A DNA stretch of 62,947 nt, the filler included, from Sphacelaria rigidula (taxonomy: Eukaryota): assembly GCA_964200075.2 (NCBI GenBank). It is 6 parts of 6 records of this genome, joined end to end, with 100 filler letters (N's around TTAATTAATTAA, not from the genome) between each part and the next. Parts side by side here need not be neighbours in the genome. Positions count along the whole stretch, not along the records: positions 31,527 to 41,933 come from CAXNAA020006548.1; positions 42,034 to 52,440 come from CAXNAA020006549.1; 4 more parts are not named here. One strand, 5' to 3'. Shown here one piece after another: positions 35,347-48,701 of the stretch; within the stretch, counting starts at the first letter, position 1, and each line of letters begins with the position of its first letter. The notes under the pieces are model-generated. The model was not told the origin of the DNA. It worked only from the letters and a program-made list of their open reading frames with translations, and made no database searches. The translations under genes were made by a program, and so were the position numbers.

Positions 35347-38300
35347 ATTTTTATACACGTTTAAACGCCTCTCTATGTGCGCAAATGATGACGGATATCG
35401 CGGGTTCTTGGGCTGTGCACTGCGCACTTAAGCACACTGATCAAAGCGAACAACAGCGAGAATGACCAACTGTGAGAACGATTTTGTCGCTACTTTGGTG
35501 TTTACCATCTCCTCTGCGCGGAGCTTGAAGAGTTGGCGTCGTTCGGTAACGACGCTGTAAAACATGCCACTCACTGCGTAAGCTAGGCAACCAAGTTAAC
35601 TTCCCCCCCCTCTCTTGCGGTATTTTGAGGTAACCGTGATGGTGGTCGAGTCAGATAATTTTGTGCGGGGTGGAGAACCTCAACTCCGCGCAATCGGGAT
35701 GGTCATACCCACGTCTTGTTTAAACGCTGAGGCCTCCATAAGGCAATGTAATCCGTGGCTGTCTCTGGAAGTGACAATAACAGAAAATGAAGCAACTCAA
35801 TCGAGGCTGTCATCCGTATGCACGATCATTTGTACGCTTCGGGCCGAACAATCGTAGCAGGATGCAATTCACCTCTCATGCCACTCGCTAAACATACCAC
35901 GGCGTTTCGCGCTTGGTTGTTCATTACGACTCTGGTCCGGCGAAAACCCGACGTGCTCTGTCCCGGTTTTGTAGGGATGCGAGGTCACTGGCCTTACGAC
36001 TACGGCATGCGAGACCATGAGTACACCTCCCTCTGCACGGACCAGCTCCGTGATTTTGCAAGAGCCCGGTGTTCTCGTACTACACCGCTTCCTACCTCAC
36101 CAAGGTCACGAAAATAACCTTGGAATCATCAGCGTTGTATTGTACACAAGTGGGCGGGTCGACGTATGCCTTGTGAACTCAACACCTTCGTTAAAGCTCG
36201 ATAACGTGTCAAAAATTAGTGGCTCAAAATCGCACTTGAATTTCAGTACGAACTGCGTCTAGGCAATCACCTCCTGAATACCGCCACGCAAACACCAAAC
36301 GTAGAGATCTCCCGTGCTACGACATCTCCTGGAATGGAAAAGATACACAAGTGATCTACAGACCAGCACAAACACTTGCAACATGTTCATCGGGAATACG
36401 TGCAGATCCATGCCGCATATGGAGTAATGTGACAGAAATTCGACAACCTTGCAGAACCCCAAGAAGAAGTCAAAACATTCTTGAAGCAGCTGCATTAAAC
36501 ACCTCGCATCCAAACACTGGACAGTGTTGTGATGGCTTCCAAACACGAAGAGTAAGCTGGTCAGCAGGGCGTGAAACTCAAAGCAAGTGCGCATATGGCG
36601 TGATTTCTGCCTCAAGTGTAACACACAGCAAAAATGTACACCGATAGTGTGGCAGGAGGCCCAGAGAACTCGAGTTCGCCAGCAAGATCCATGCGCGGCG
36701 AAACCGCCGTAGTTATCATATTGCCTCAAGTGATCAGTCCAGTCGCATCTTTCATGCTCTTGAAGAGTTCATGACAGCTCTACTCGCACAGCACCTAATG
36801 AGGTGATCCAACTTGTTGTGTGTAGCCAGGACACATCCGCACAAGTGGGCAAGTTACCGCGTGATAAAAACGCTTATCCCAGGTGCAGAGGCTCGCGTGA
36901 AGGCGGAACCACGAAAAGCAAAAATGGCATCACTTTGCGACTTGGCCTTTAACGATATCTGCAAGCGTTCTTTGCTAGTGTGCGAAGCACTAGCCTATGC
37001 TGCGATTCACCGCGTGAGTTTCGTGGGATCGCGCTTTCGATTCCAGCATGGGAAGTGACCATTGCATCTGTATACATATATAATAGTGTTTGTAGCTGTC
37101 GCTCCAGCTGTCGGGAAATATGGACCATCAGTTTGTGCGCGGCGATGAGTAGAATTGAGCAGGAGATCGTCGAGAAGGTAGCCATGGGCATGGCCAGAGC
37201 TTCAGATAGGGGGTGCGCCGATGCGCTAGCGCCCATCTTGGGCTGGAAATGAGGACAAGCACTCTGGGGGCGATGTGGCATGGGGGGCCGCCGTTTTTGT
37301 TTTGTACATTTTTTCGCCGCAGGCGAAAATAGATGTACAGTGTGAAGAAATTCGCAAAAGGCGGCAAAACGTTGGGTCCATATTCGCTAGCGGTGAGACC
37401 GTTTCTGAAATCGGTTGGTACTTTTGGAGAAGGGGGTGCTTTCCACTTCTGGGACATTTGAAATGGTCTCTGGGCGTGAAAATACCGTACAGTAGTGTAA
37501 TGCCGCCGTCTGTGCCTGTATGATCTGTACAGTTAAATGCTGCAGCTGTGTATTGTTTGCTTTGTTACTGCATCGCACACTGGACCATGCGTATGCTGCC
37601 TGTGCTGAGATGTGTGCAGCTGTATTTCATGTGCAATGGAAGTTACTCAGGGCGCCTCCTCAACCATCATGTGGACTGCGAATCGTGCCCCGCCCTTCCG
37701 TGGCTTTGTGCTGAACGCGCGCGACTGTTGGCTGTACACGCCAAGAAGCAAATGTAAGCACCTGGGGCGATCTACGAGAACACGACCCGAAAAACACAGC
37801 GGCGTAATTTTGTTTCGGCGCCTTCACCCTGCTGAAGAGTGTAGAGTCTCTTCATTTGATTTCCCCTCTTTCGCACGCCCCCAGCAGCACCCCCATCTCG
37901 GCCCAATATTGAGAAAGAAGTCACGACAGTTTGTTCCCCATGTACGAGTAACACGGAGTATTTAAACAGTCTGTTGGTCTGGATCCGCTATTGTGCGTGC
38001 CGAGAAAGCGTTGGTCGGCAAACTTTTGGTTGTTCCGTCGAACCAGAACTGGTCTCACGTTTCTAGGCTTTTGCTTTTTATGCGCATTTTTTTTTCTCAT
38101 GTGCGCGTTTTTTCATTTTTTTTTCATGTTCAAAAGTGAACATTATGCGCCAATTTATGCGTATCTTGGTGAAGTATGCGCGACTTATGCGCCTTTTTCG
38201 CGTCGTTCTTGAGGTGGTTCCTGGCGGGTTCGTGGCGGCACCGCCCATGGAATGTACCTTCTAGCAAGAAAACAAGACTGCACGTTGAACATTTTGAGAT

Positions 38301-38370
38301 TTCACGATCTCTTGGAAGGAAGGCTCGCTCGTTTTTTTCTTCGTTCATTGGTTTTGAAGGCCATGACGGA

Positions 38371-38381
38371 AATAACAATAA

Positions 38382-38420
<39 letters not shown>
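38371..38420. repeat. (AAT)n microsatellite
   Basis: Directly visible AAT run. Confidence 0.95.
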
Positions 38421-38835
38421 TAAAAGGAAAAAGTTCTGCGCTTTTTCTCCCGCCCTCTGCTCCTCAGCGGTCTCCTTCGCGTCGCGCTGTTGGGGCGCCG
38501 GAGTCCGCACCTCGTTCACCTTGACCTCTTTCTGCTCTGCCAGAATAGTGTAGTGCTCACTGCTTTTTTGTTCCTAACTTCAATCATGAACCGTAACGTT
38601 GACGTTGTGTAACCTTGATATCGCCATGAACAGAAATCTGCGCTCCCGAGAAGTTTGTTTTTCCCCAAGGACCCCGAGAACAAATATCCAACGAAATCGC
38701 CTGAAATATACTGATACAGGGGGAGAAATTCCCACGTCATGAGTGTCGTTCGCACGGTCGTGCGGTATGATCACCTTACTGGGCGATGGGAGGGGCGGTG
38801 CTATCCCGGGCAGAACGGACAAGTTACACCGCCGC

Positions 38836-40806
38836 TAGGGTTTTACTTAGTATGCTAGTAAAGTCAATTTTTTATGCTAGTAATCTCACCAAATACCATG
38901 CTCGACACTTTCTACGATAGCCCTCCCCCAAATCAGCTCAAAAATGCCACGAAAAAAAAGGCCATGCAGCGTCTGATGTTTGGGTTCAGGCTGCATGAAG
39001 CGCCTCATATTGGCGACATTGGCTAGAACGAACCCAAGCGTGGGAATTTCCAGCTTTTCATTGTGCTCGGCTTTTCCCATTTCGATTTACGTCAAGATTT
39101 TGCCTCCCAAAATCATGCACTTTTGGGGGGGGGGGGGCTATCGTAGAAAGTGTCGCTCGTGAAGTGAAATTTATGCTCGCATTCATGCTCGCATCTTCAA
39201 AACAAATATGCTCGATTTATGGTGGCAAGGTGGAATTTATGCTCGATTATGCTCGTAATATCCACTAAGGATGCCATTTTCGCCGGATATTGACCCATCG
39301 ATCACTAATAGTAATTATTACTACTACTATGCTCGCCACATTTTTACCTCGATCTCTCGAACCCGTGGTCACAGAGTGGAAGGAGCATACCACCCATACT
39401 GTACCCATGAATCAAGCAGCCCGTAGAGGAAGGCAAACAAAACATCTACACGAAAAAGGGCATACTAATGTGTTTGAATGTTTTATATACACGAAGTACG
39501 TACCACCAATATCTGCATTAGTACGATTGAATGCAGTATTTTCCGGTTGTCGTACACGGTGCATCATTGAATATCCTCGCGCACTCTCTGTGCTGCATCT
39601 TGTGCTATATGCCGCCGCCTAACTGCCGGATAGACAAGACATATGACAGGCAACCTGCTGATCCGGATATTCATCACAATCTGGCAGAATGAGTGTACGT
39701 TGTATGCAGCTCATCACCACACTCAAAATGACAAGTAACGAAATCACATGATGACTTCACTCGTCGCCTGTCCCATGTCGAGGAACTCGTGTCCAAGGAC
39801 AACGACAAGCGAAAAACTGACATTCGGTTGATGAATGATTATTAGATTGATTGTCTCGTATGAACCGATGCCGCTTCGAATCCAGCCGAGGTCGCAAGAT
39901 GGGTACAACTCAGGAAACAAGGGGCAGAACAGGAAACACACGAGGGGGTAGAAATTGGAGAAAATACTGGAGTAGAGAAAAAGTGTCAAGTAGCCAGAGA
40001 AAGTACATAACCAAAACACACAAGGAAAAAAATGGGAAGCCAAGATATACTGCTGTGCTGCTGTGCTGCGTGCTGTGCGCTGTACGCGTGCGCTGTGTAT
40101 CATAGACTAGAGACTGTAGAGTACGGTGTACGTGTTTATGTTTTGTGTCCTGTGCTTTCACGAAAACACACGCGGCCATTTGGCTACCCCCAAAATTCGT
40201 CCAGGTCGGTCAACTTTTCGAGCCCTCAGAGGAATTAAACGCCTCCGGAGGGGTGCGCGGCCCTCCCGAGGAGATTTTTTGGTTACCTCTGAAGCAATTA
40301 AACGCCTCCGGAGACTTGTTTCGCCTCTGGAGGGTCGCGCGTCTCGCCGAAGGCATTTTTCTACCCCCAAATTCCTCCGGAGGTGTGCGCGGCCCTCCAG
40401 GTCGGTAGAGTTTGGTTTCCTCCAGAGGGATTGAAGGCCTCCGGAGGCTTGTTTTGCCTCTGGGGGGCCTTGCATTCCTCCGGGGGCATTTTGGGGGGTA
40501 GTCAAATATCCGCGTGTGAACGTTTTTCAGACCTGCGATCGATCAGACTGGCAGTTTGGATGACTGGTTCCAGAGCATACACGTAGTTGAGATCCGCGGT
40601 CGATGATAGCACAGTTTTTCGCCCACAATATCAGAGCTGGCCAGCATTTTAGACCCTTTTCCCACCCCTACGGTGAAAAATTATGCACGATTATGCTCCT
40701 AATGTGGAACTTATGCTCGATTATGCTATTTGCTGAAACGCCATGCTATTTGTGCTACTTGCTGAAACACTATTCTAATTATGCTATCATAATAATTAAA
40801 AGCCTA
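38836..40806. mobile_element. 2-kb non-autonomous hAT-like element, family E (TAGG ends)
   Basis: TAGGGTTTTACTTAGTATGCTAG / CTATCATAATAATTAAAAGCCTA TIRs, perfect TSD ACCGCCGC, and TTATGCTCG subterminal repeats near both ends. Confidence 0.88.
40167..40518. mobile_element. Nested TIR element with internal CCTCCGGAGG palindromic repeats
   Basis: CACACGCGGCCATTTGGCTACCCCCAAAAT / ATTTTGGGGGGTAGTCAAATATCCGCGTGTG. No TSD seen. Confidence 0.7.
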
Positions 40807-41340
40807 ACCGCCGCAGAGGTGATCGCAATTGATCAATCGATGTCCATTCTCTACACCACAGCACGTTTCATGTGGCGTTGACGCATGCGCACGCTTTTCT
40901 ACGGTAACTCCGTGTGAATCATTCTGGTCACAAAAGAGCCGTGGGCACGATCGTGCCTGTATTGCTGTAGGGTCTCCTCATTTGTTGTTGCAGCACGTAC
41001 CTGGTGTCCCAGCGGCACCAGCAGCAGCTTCATCACCCACGCTTTCGAAACTACCACCATCTGTGCCGGTAGGCAGCCACAGTAACGCCAGTTGGATGAA
41101 ATTTTACCGTGAGCGGTAGCAGTACTCTGGGTCGGAGATGTTCCCAGGAGTTGATTATGCCATGGCTACAGGATGCTGCCACGAGATGACATGGTACTGA
41201 AGTAGCGACGAATAGGGGGTGGTATCTTGTGTCATAGCGGTTACAGACCTCAGACCTCTCTTGTCATTGTAAGTCGATCTACGTAGATTGCAAAGATTTT
41301 CTTCGTATGACCCGTACCACCATGGCCGGTATGGCGTCGA

Positions 41341-41750
41341 CTTCAGGTCTGCCAACGCACACTATGCCTAAACGTATGTACCCCCCTTGTCCGAGGGTCT
41401 CGCACGCCTTGGGTCGGGGTTAGGTACTCGTCGAGAACGTGTTTTTGTAAAAATCGGCGCCTGCGGCATCGATTTCAGGTCACTATGCCTAGGGGAACGC
41501 TTGTACCCCCGTTGTCCAAGGGTCTCGTACGCTTGGATCGGGGTTGGTTGCTCGTCTAGGACGCGTTTCTGTCGAAATCGGCGCCTGCGGCATCGATTTC
41601 AGGTCAGCCAACGCACGCTATACCTAGGGGAACGTGTGTACCCCCGTTGTCCGAGGGTATCGTACGTCTTGGATCGGGGTTAGTTGCTCGTCCAGAACGT
41701 GTTTTTGTCGGAATCGGCGCCTGCGGCGTCGATTTCAGGTTGTCTGCCAA
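41341..41750. repeat. Tandem repeat, ~3 copies of a ~125-140 bp unit
   Basis: TGTACCCCC.TTGTCC.AGGGT.TCG.ACG..TTGG.TCGGGGTT...AATCGGCGCCTGCGGC.TCGATTTCAGGT occurs three times. Confidence 0.9.
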
Positions 41751-41933
41751 CATTCACCATGCTAGTTATGGCAAACAGATTTTTGGCCCACGGATTGTTC
41801 ACCTGTGGGACATTTGACCGCCCTTTTGACCCCCAAACAGGGAAAATCGCCAACACACGTCTTGGAAACTTTGCATCACCCCATGGAGAGGAGCCTAGCC
41901 CACTTTTCAGATTCGCTCGGCTCCGAGGTTTCG

Positions 41934-42033
41934 NNNNNNNNNNNNNNNNNNNNNNNNNNNNNNNNNNNNNNNNNNNNTTAATTAATTAANNNNNNNNNNN
42001 NNNNNNNNNNNNNNNNNNNNNNNNNNNNNNNNN
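41934..42033. other. Artificial contig linker
   Basis: 100-nt N/TTAATTAATTAA/N. Confidence 0.98.
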
Positions 42034-43286
42034 AGCTCTGTTACTTGACGTTTCCGAGAGTGAACGGTACTGCTTTTATAGCTATTATAAAAGAGGGCCC
42101 ACCTGAAATCAGGGCAAGGACTATCGAATGGGGCATGCGCGGTATGACTGTGCTGTAGCACAGACACACTCATGGTCTGTCTTGTGCGTTGTACTGCGCT
42201 GTGGCGTCTTGAGGCCTTTGTGGAGACAGTTTGATCTCCGGTGGAAGTGCCTGATTTGCTCAAAATATTGTTGGCATGCAGTGCTCTTTACACACAGTTG
42301 AAACTTTCATGCGGTGTTGGCTGGTTCGTCTCGAGTCAAAGGAATGAGGCGCTCCCCAAACCCATCACCTCCCCCTCAGATGGGGTTCGTGAAATATCTC
42401 TGGAGGGATTCAAAAAGTCTGGTGGGCTTTGCGGGGTTCGTAAAATATCTGCCTCTGCTCCTTGCACCCTCTATCCCGACGAATTCAGGCATGGGAAAAA
42501 TACAAAAGAGCGACGCTTTGAACGTTCATTTTTGCATCTTTTTTTCGTGTTTTTAGTGGAGTTTCGGGGGAAAACGAACGTTGCTCTTGGGCGTCATCTC
42601 GATGTTTTGGCTCAATGTTTAGAATTACGATTTGAAACTTGGCACGGAGAACCACAATAGTGTTGCGAGTGAAAAAAACAAGTAGGCCTTCATTTTCCAA
42701 GATTTTTTCGTAGCGGTTAGGTTGTTCACGTGAAGAAATGGTCTTCACCATACTAGAACGCCCTAAACCTGTGAAACAAAATAATTATAGAAGGGACCTG
42801 CTTTGTTCTGTTGATTTTTCCTTGGAGAGCGCCCACGCAACATTTCCGCTATGCACATATAAGCAATGAACTATTATGGTGTCCATTGTCCAGGGTGTGA
42901 ACTATTCACGTTGTGCATCGGCCGTCGATTCTTCAGGACAGTGGACGCCCAATCATCTGCTCGGCACACCACTGCGTTGGCAGTGATATCCCCCCACCAC
43001 GTCACTGACAGCACCTTACTGACCTTACTGACAGCAACTTGACGCCCGAGATTTTTGCCTGGACAAGAGCCTCGAGATGAACAACATTGAAAACATCCGT
43101 CGACAATCAAACAAACGTTGTTATGCTCCGTCGCCCGCAGCTTACGAGGGATGGGCGGCATGTGAAACCACTGACGCACTTCCTACTCCTCCTAAAAATT
43201 GCGCATCAGCAGTGTCGTGCGGTACTCCTGAGGGCTTTTCGTCCTTCAACGGCTAGGATCTTCAAACCTCATTTCGTTGATGAATC

Positions 43287-46200
43287 TCATTTGTATAATC
43301 CCCCGTTAACTGATGCGTGGGCTGTGGTCGTCAGCCCACCCATGCCTACAGCCGGCATTTTTCTCAGTGAAAGTTGTGTGTAGAGACCTTTATGTCCATT
43401 CCTGCTAATGAAATATACAATGCCTTTGGTGGGATCGGTGATGCGTCCGATGGGGGAATCATCGATAGGTTGAGCCAGTGTGGGCAAGCGTGACAGAAAG
43501 TCGGCGGCTTTTTCATTTTGCGAGCCCGTGCGATATTTCAGCTGGAAGTTGTTAGACGACAGGATTTCGAACCAGCGTTGTACCCTAGCGTGGTGTTCCG
43601 CCATTTTGGCAAGGCTTTCCAAAGACTTATGATCCGTATAAATCACAGAGGAGATGTCATACAAATACTGACGCAGACGTCGCATGCCCCACACAACTGC
43701 GCCGGCCTCTTGTTCCATGACAGACCAAATCTGTTCATTCGGAAAAGTGGTGCGACTCAGATAGACAATGGGACGAACAGTAGCATCGACTTACTCCTGT
43801 TCTAACGTGCAGCCAAACCCAATTTGGAAGAATCTGTGTTGAGACGGAAAGGGCGGGAACCTTGCTTCGCTGCCGACCAGTCGGGCAAGACGAGAATCGG
43901 GGGGCGCGAAAGGATGTCAAGAAGACGGCGGAGTGTTTTTTCCATTTCCGATGTGAACACAAATTTCACTCCTTTTCTGAGGAGGGTGGTGAGGGGTTTT
44001 AGCTTTCGGGCAAGGTTTGGCAAGTACTGTCTGTAGTAGCATATACCTCCCAACAAGGGACGTAGTTGAAAAATGTCCCGTGGCATGAGCATATCGGCGA
44101 GTGCGGCGACCTTGTCGAGGTTTGGGCTACGACCTTCGGGGGCACTGCAATGACCCAAGAACTCAATCTTCCTGGCGCCAATGCGGGATTTGGAGGGGGC
44201 GAGTTTAAAGTTGTGTTGTTTAAACTCATGAAATAATTATACCAACTGTTCGACGTGTTCAGCCGGTGTGGAGTCGTGGCACACCGCATCATCAACGTAC
44301 ATATGGCATTTGGGCAATCCATCAGTTACACGGAACATTACACGTTGAAACGCACCTGTAGCTCCGGCGGCACCTTGTGGTGTAACCAGCCACTCCTACA
44401 AACCTGATGGCGTGCAAAACGCTGTCAGTTCAATGGAATTTGCATCCATCACGAGCTGGTGGTAGCCGGACTGCATGTCAAAGTTCGAAACTACCTTACC
44501 CCCGCCACGAGAGTCAATGATTCCATCAGTCCGTGGAAGTGGCAGCCGGGCGATTTTGGTGACAGAGTTCAATCGTTGATAATTGACCGCCAGTCTGATT
44601 TTGCCATTTTTCTTACGGACGACTACTTAAGGCGAGGCTCACGAAGACGTCGAGTGCCGAATTAAACCGACGGATAAGAAACCATCGAGAATTACCTGGA
44701 TATCCGCTAAGAGGGGGTTCGTATGGTTCGGACGCATAGCGATAGGCGGAGTGCCATCAGAGATTTTGATCTTAAACGGTGTTGTGGTACATCGGCCTAA
44801 ATTCAAGGGTGCAGCAGAAAACCGTTCAGAATATCTACTCAAGATGAATCTCAATTTATCGATTACAGTGGGTGTCCAACCATCGCCAGATAGATAAAAA
44901 ACAATATGCCGTATTTGAGGGGGGATGTCATCTCACAACTTTTGAAAACTGGCGCGTTGCTCTGTGGAAAATCTATCCAGTAATGCATTTTGGGGTTGAG
45001 GTTCAGGCGCATCTGGTGGATTTGTCACCACTATGGGATTAGGCATGTGTAGCGGAGGGGGGCCCGTGGATTTCGGGGGGTCGGTTGACGAGTTGCTGTC
45101 CGCAGAGGGGCACACATCTGACCGGGCTGTTCGTGTGATGGGCGCTTGTGCATAACCCAACAACTGATCGTTGAGTAAATCGAAACATGCAGGGGACGTG
45201 AGGTAAATGGCCTGCCTACCCTCGTGGACAAAGACTTCGGTCTGTTCAAACGGACCAACCTGTGCTCGGTCAGGTTTGAGCAATTCGATCAAATAATGTC
45301 CTGTGAGGGCGGGCGATCCATTGCGTCTCACGAGGTTCACTTCGATACGTTGGGGTTCACGAGAAAGCGAGACTACAGGTTCTCCAACATAGTACAGACG
45401 GAAAGCATTACCTGTTTGCGTGGGGTCATCCTCGTAGGTGTTAGCTCCCGAATCAGTGTCGAAGTGACCCGGTGTCAGTTTGCCTGTGACTGGACGGTTC
45501 GGGACAGGTGTGTCCGACGTATACGTGTGTGTGGAATAACGCAGCTAACTATCTTGACCCAACAAAAGATCAAAAGACATGGAACCGTCGGGCATAATTT
45601 TCGCCCATACGGATAACTGAGCAGTGGGGGTAGTATCCTGATAGAATTGTACACTTAGTCTCACCGATTGGTTAACCGTAAGAGATGTGGAGGAACCATA
45701 CGCACCAAAAACACGAGGGTGCTCGGTGGACAGACAATGCTCGTCCGCTGCGCCCGCGTTGATCATCTGTTGCCAGCAGCTGGCTGTAATAAACGTTTGA
45801 GGCGAACCAGAGTCTGGGAGTGCAAGAGCTAATAAATGACAGTTTGCACGCGCTCCACTATGTATACCTATCTTGGTCGTGAAAGAAGCATCATCCATAG
45901 TTGCAGTACCACTGACGAGATCGAGCCCGAATTCGGGTAAGATATCTGACACATCCTACTTTGCATTTTGAACGAAGGTGCTAAAATACACCCGTTGGTG
46001 ATCCTGTGGGACAAGCTTTTGGTCGGGAGGATGGTGCATGCATGGAGTCTCAGTGTTTGTGCCTGGAATATTTGTCTCATCAGTCGAGGGTTGAATATCG
46101 TATACTGCAACGGAGGGGCGATGCCGGGGAAGGGCAGTTTTCGTGGTTGGACCCGACAACTGATCTGTGCGTGGTGTTTCACCCATATCGGCCAATAGAG

Positions 46201-48701
46201 GGGGCAAATCGTCTTAGTACAAAGCGAGATCAATTACATTTTCCAGCTTGGTCAAAACAGGGGACGATTCATTGGGGCGTGGTGTTGACTTTGAGACGCC
46301 CATCAACTCGATACCATCACTAGTTAGGGCCAACATGAGAAATTTTGGAGACGCTTCGTTAGGACGCGGGGTGGGTAAAGCTTTGCTGTTCAACCCGGCG
46401 TCTATTAAAGGGGCCAACGTGGGCGAGTTAGGAGACGAGTCGTCTTGCGTAACATTTTGTCCCCCTGGTGACGAACACACGATTGAGGTGCCTTCATGAC
46501 TGGGATGCGAACGTCCATGAGTCGGCGAAGTCTCTGTCCCTACAGACGGCAATGCTTCATCGGAAATGGGTTGTAACGCAGTGCACGAGGGGTGGTCAGG
46601 AAGCAGTAACGATCTGTTCAAAATCTGGGGAGTACCGGCTTGTTTCTCTCTAAGGTTTTCGTCTGTCTGAGCCCACACGCAATCTCTTCCTCGGAGTTCA
46701 CGTGCGCTTGCTACATCAGGGTGATCTACATGATCATCTGGAGGAGCCCGCCTTGGGTGACGCTTCTCGCGCACGAAAGGTTCGGCGGCTCCAGGAGCTA
46801 TCGAAATGAGTTCTCGGACTGTCGAACCTAGGTCAAGCTCGTGGCGCATCACCTGAGTCGCTGTCACTTGGTGTTCCATTCCAACCCGCTGAGCGACGGA
46901 AAGCATGGGCTCTTTGCAGCTGCGACCCTTCAAGGAATAATTACGCTTATCAAATAAAAGAGAACCAGGTACCGTAGTTTTTGCGGTACTCGGTAGGGTG
47001 GTTAGCCGGGCACTCGAGCAGTTGGGTGGGGTGCTTGAGTGTGTTGCTTTCAATTTGGTGTTCTCCGATGAACGGTCGAAGAGGCAGTGTCTACCGTACC
47101 AGAAGATACTTCGTCTCCGGATGCGTTAGAAACTGCACTACATAACTTCCTCTCCTCCGAAGGGAAGGCGTTCGATTGAATATGATTAATACCGGGTGGA
47201 TGTGAACCCGGGTGATCAAATCCAGGATTAAAATGTTGGGTTTGGTCACTGCTCAATTGATAGCCATGCAGCGGTGGACGGGCTTCGACTGTCTTGGAAC
47301 CCTTCAAGGCAGTGTCAGCATATTCAGGGAACCCACACCACATGGTTGAACCCGCGGTGGCCACCGCTGATTCGTGCGTGTGATGTGTGTGACCTGACCG
47401 AGCGAAAGAAAATTGTTGACATAAAATTGTTGAATACTTCTGCGGTGAATTACCGGTCATTATTTATTTCTGATTGTGGGATTGTACCAACTGATGAGAA
47501 ATGAACTACAGAAGTAGGAAATAAACAGGCAGGTGGCGGCGCTTAGGTTTTGGGCTAAGCAACGCGTCCTGGGTTATCCCACTGGATGCTATTCGGAATC
47601 TCCGGAATTTGTAGAACGTTCCCAAAAGGTTGTCAAGGTGTGAGGTGAGCATCAGTTTTGTGTGGGTACCCCCCTGGCGGAGGTCAGCCGCAGCACTAGG
47701 TCCTCTCATGTGTATACGTTTACCGTTTTGTGATTGAGCCGGTGCATGGGGTTGAAAGTGTGCCAGGTCAAGTGGTTCAGGCGGTGGACAACGTTAGCGA
47801 TTATCAGTATCGTGAAATCAGTTGTCGCTTCTGGGGCGGGGCAGGCGACTGTACGAACGCAGTTGTGATTGCCAGACTTGCCAACATTGTGAAAAATGGC
47901 GCGAAGTTTCGTAGTGCTTTTTTGTTATCAGCTTGTATTCTCCGCAATTTCCAGAGCCTTCGTGGATTCGCGTATCGCGCGTTCTAGTTCGCTCTGTTCC
48001 GTTGGCTCTTTCTCGGGGTGGATATCAACATTACGGGAGGCCTGCGCAGCCTCCTGGGCCCCTGGAAAACCTTCATGTTGACTCGCCTCGAGGCGGGCAA
48101 ATTCCAAGTCTGTCAACGCACGGATAATCTGTTCGAGACTGTTGTTTCGAATCTGGTGCTAGCACTCAGTTTGTTCCGTCATCGAATAATTGTACCAATG
48201 GCGCGGGGGAATGAAGGCTGGGCGGGTTTTCTGAAGCCGGTCGTGTGTTTCGTCACGCGTGGGCAGGGATTGTTCCGACTTGGGTGGCGTATCAAAAGCC
48301 AGAGTGGGGCGATTACGGGGTTCAGCACCAGATTGAGTGCCGAGGTCATCGTCAAGAAAGGTTTCCGTAGCATTAGGGCTCACGTGGAGAGATGTCATCT
48401 GGGAATGAAAAGTGGAAACACCATCAGCGTTTTGAGTAGCTGGTTGGTGTACAGGGGAGTGTGCACCAAGGGGGTTAGGGTGAGCATGTGGAGGAGGATT
48501 GTCTTCATCCACACCCACGTCCCTGAAAATACGTCCTGCAACAACGCTATAACCAACATCAAAACTTTCCGGTTCGTTTTTGCCAATCGTCTCACTACGC
48601 GTGGTTGACTGTACGTTTGTTTCACCACTGTCTGAAAGAAGCGCACTGTTCTTGGTGATTTCGTGGTCAGATGACGTCGAAGGGCGGTGGACATCAGACA
48701 T
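43287..48701 (-). mobile_element. Degenerate Ty3/Gypsy LTR retrotransposon (gag-like region, protease, RT, RNase H; integrase absent)
   Basis: Protease LPDSGSPQTFI (~45810). RT motifs WLVTPQGAAGATGAFQR and YVDD (44288-44299), then FLGH...PNLDKVAAL. RNase H motifs LNTDSS, EQEAGAVVW and IYTDHKSL. Several stops and frameshifts; LTRs not identified. Confidence 0.92.

Noticed and set aside
36250-37250. Possible decayed transposase frames (also 22350-22850, 30400-31370, 54400-54900)
   Set aside because: There is protein-like text but no motif I can assign with confidence; a frameshift-aware homology search is needed.
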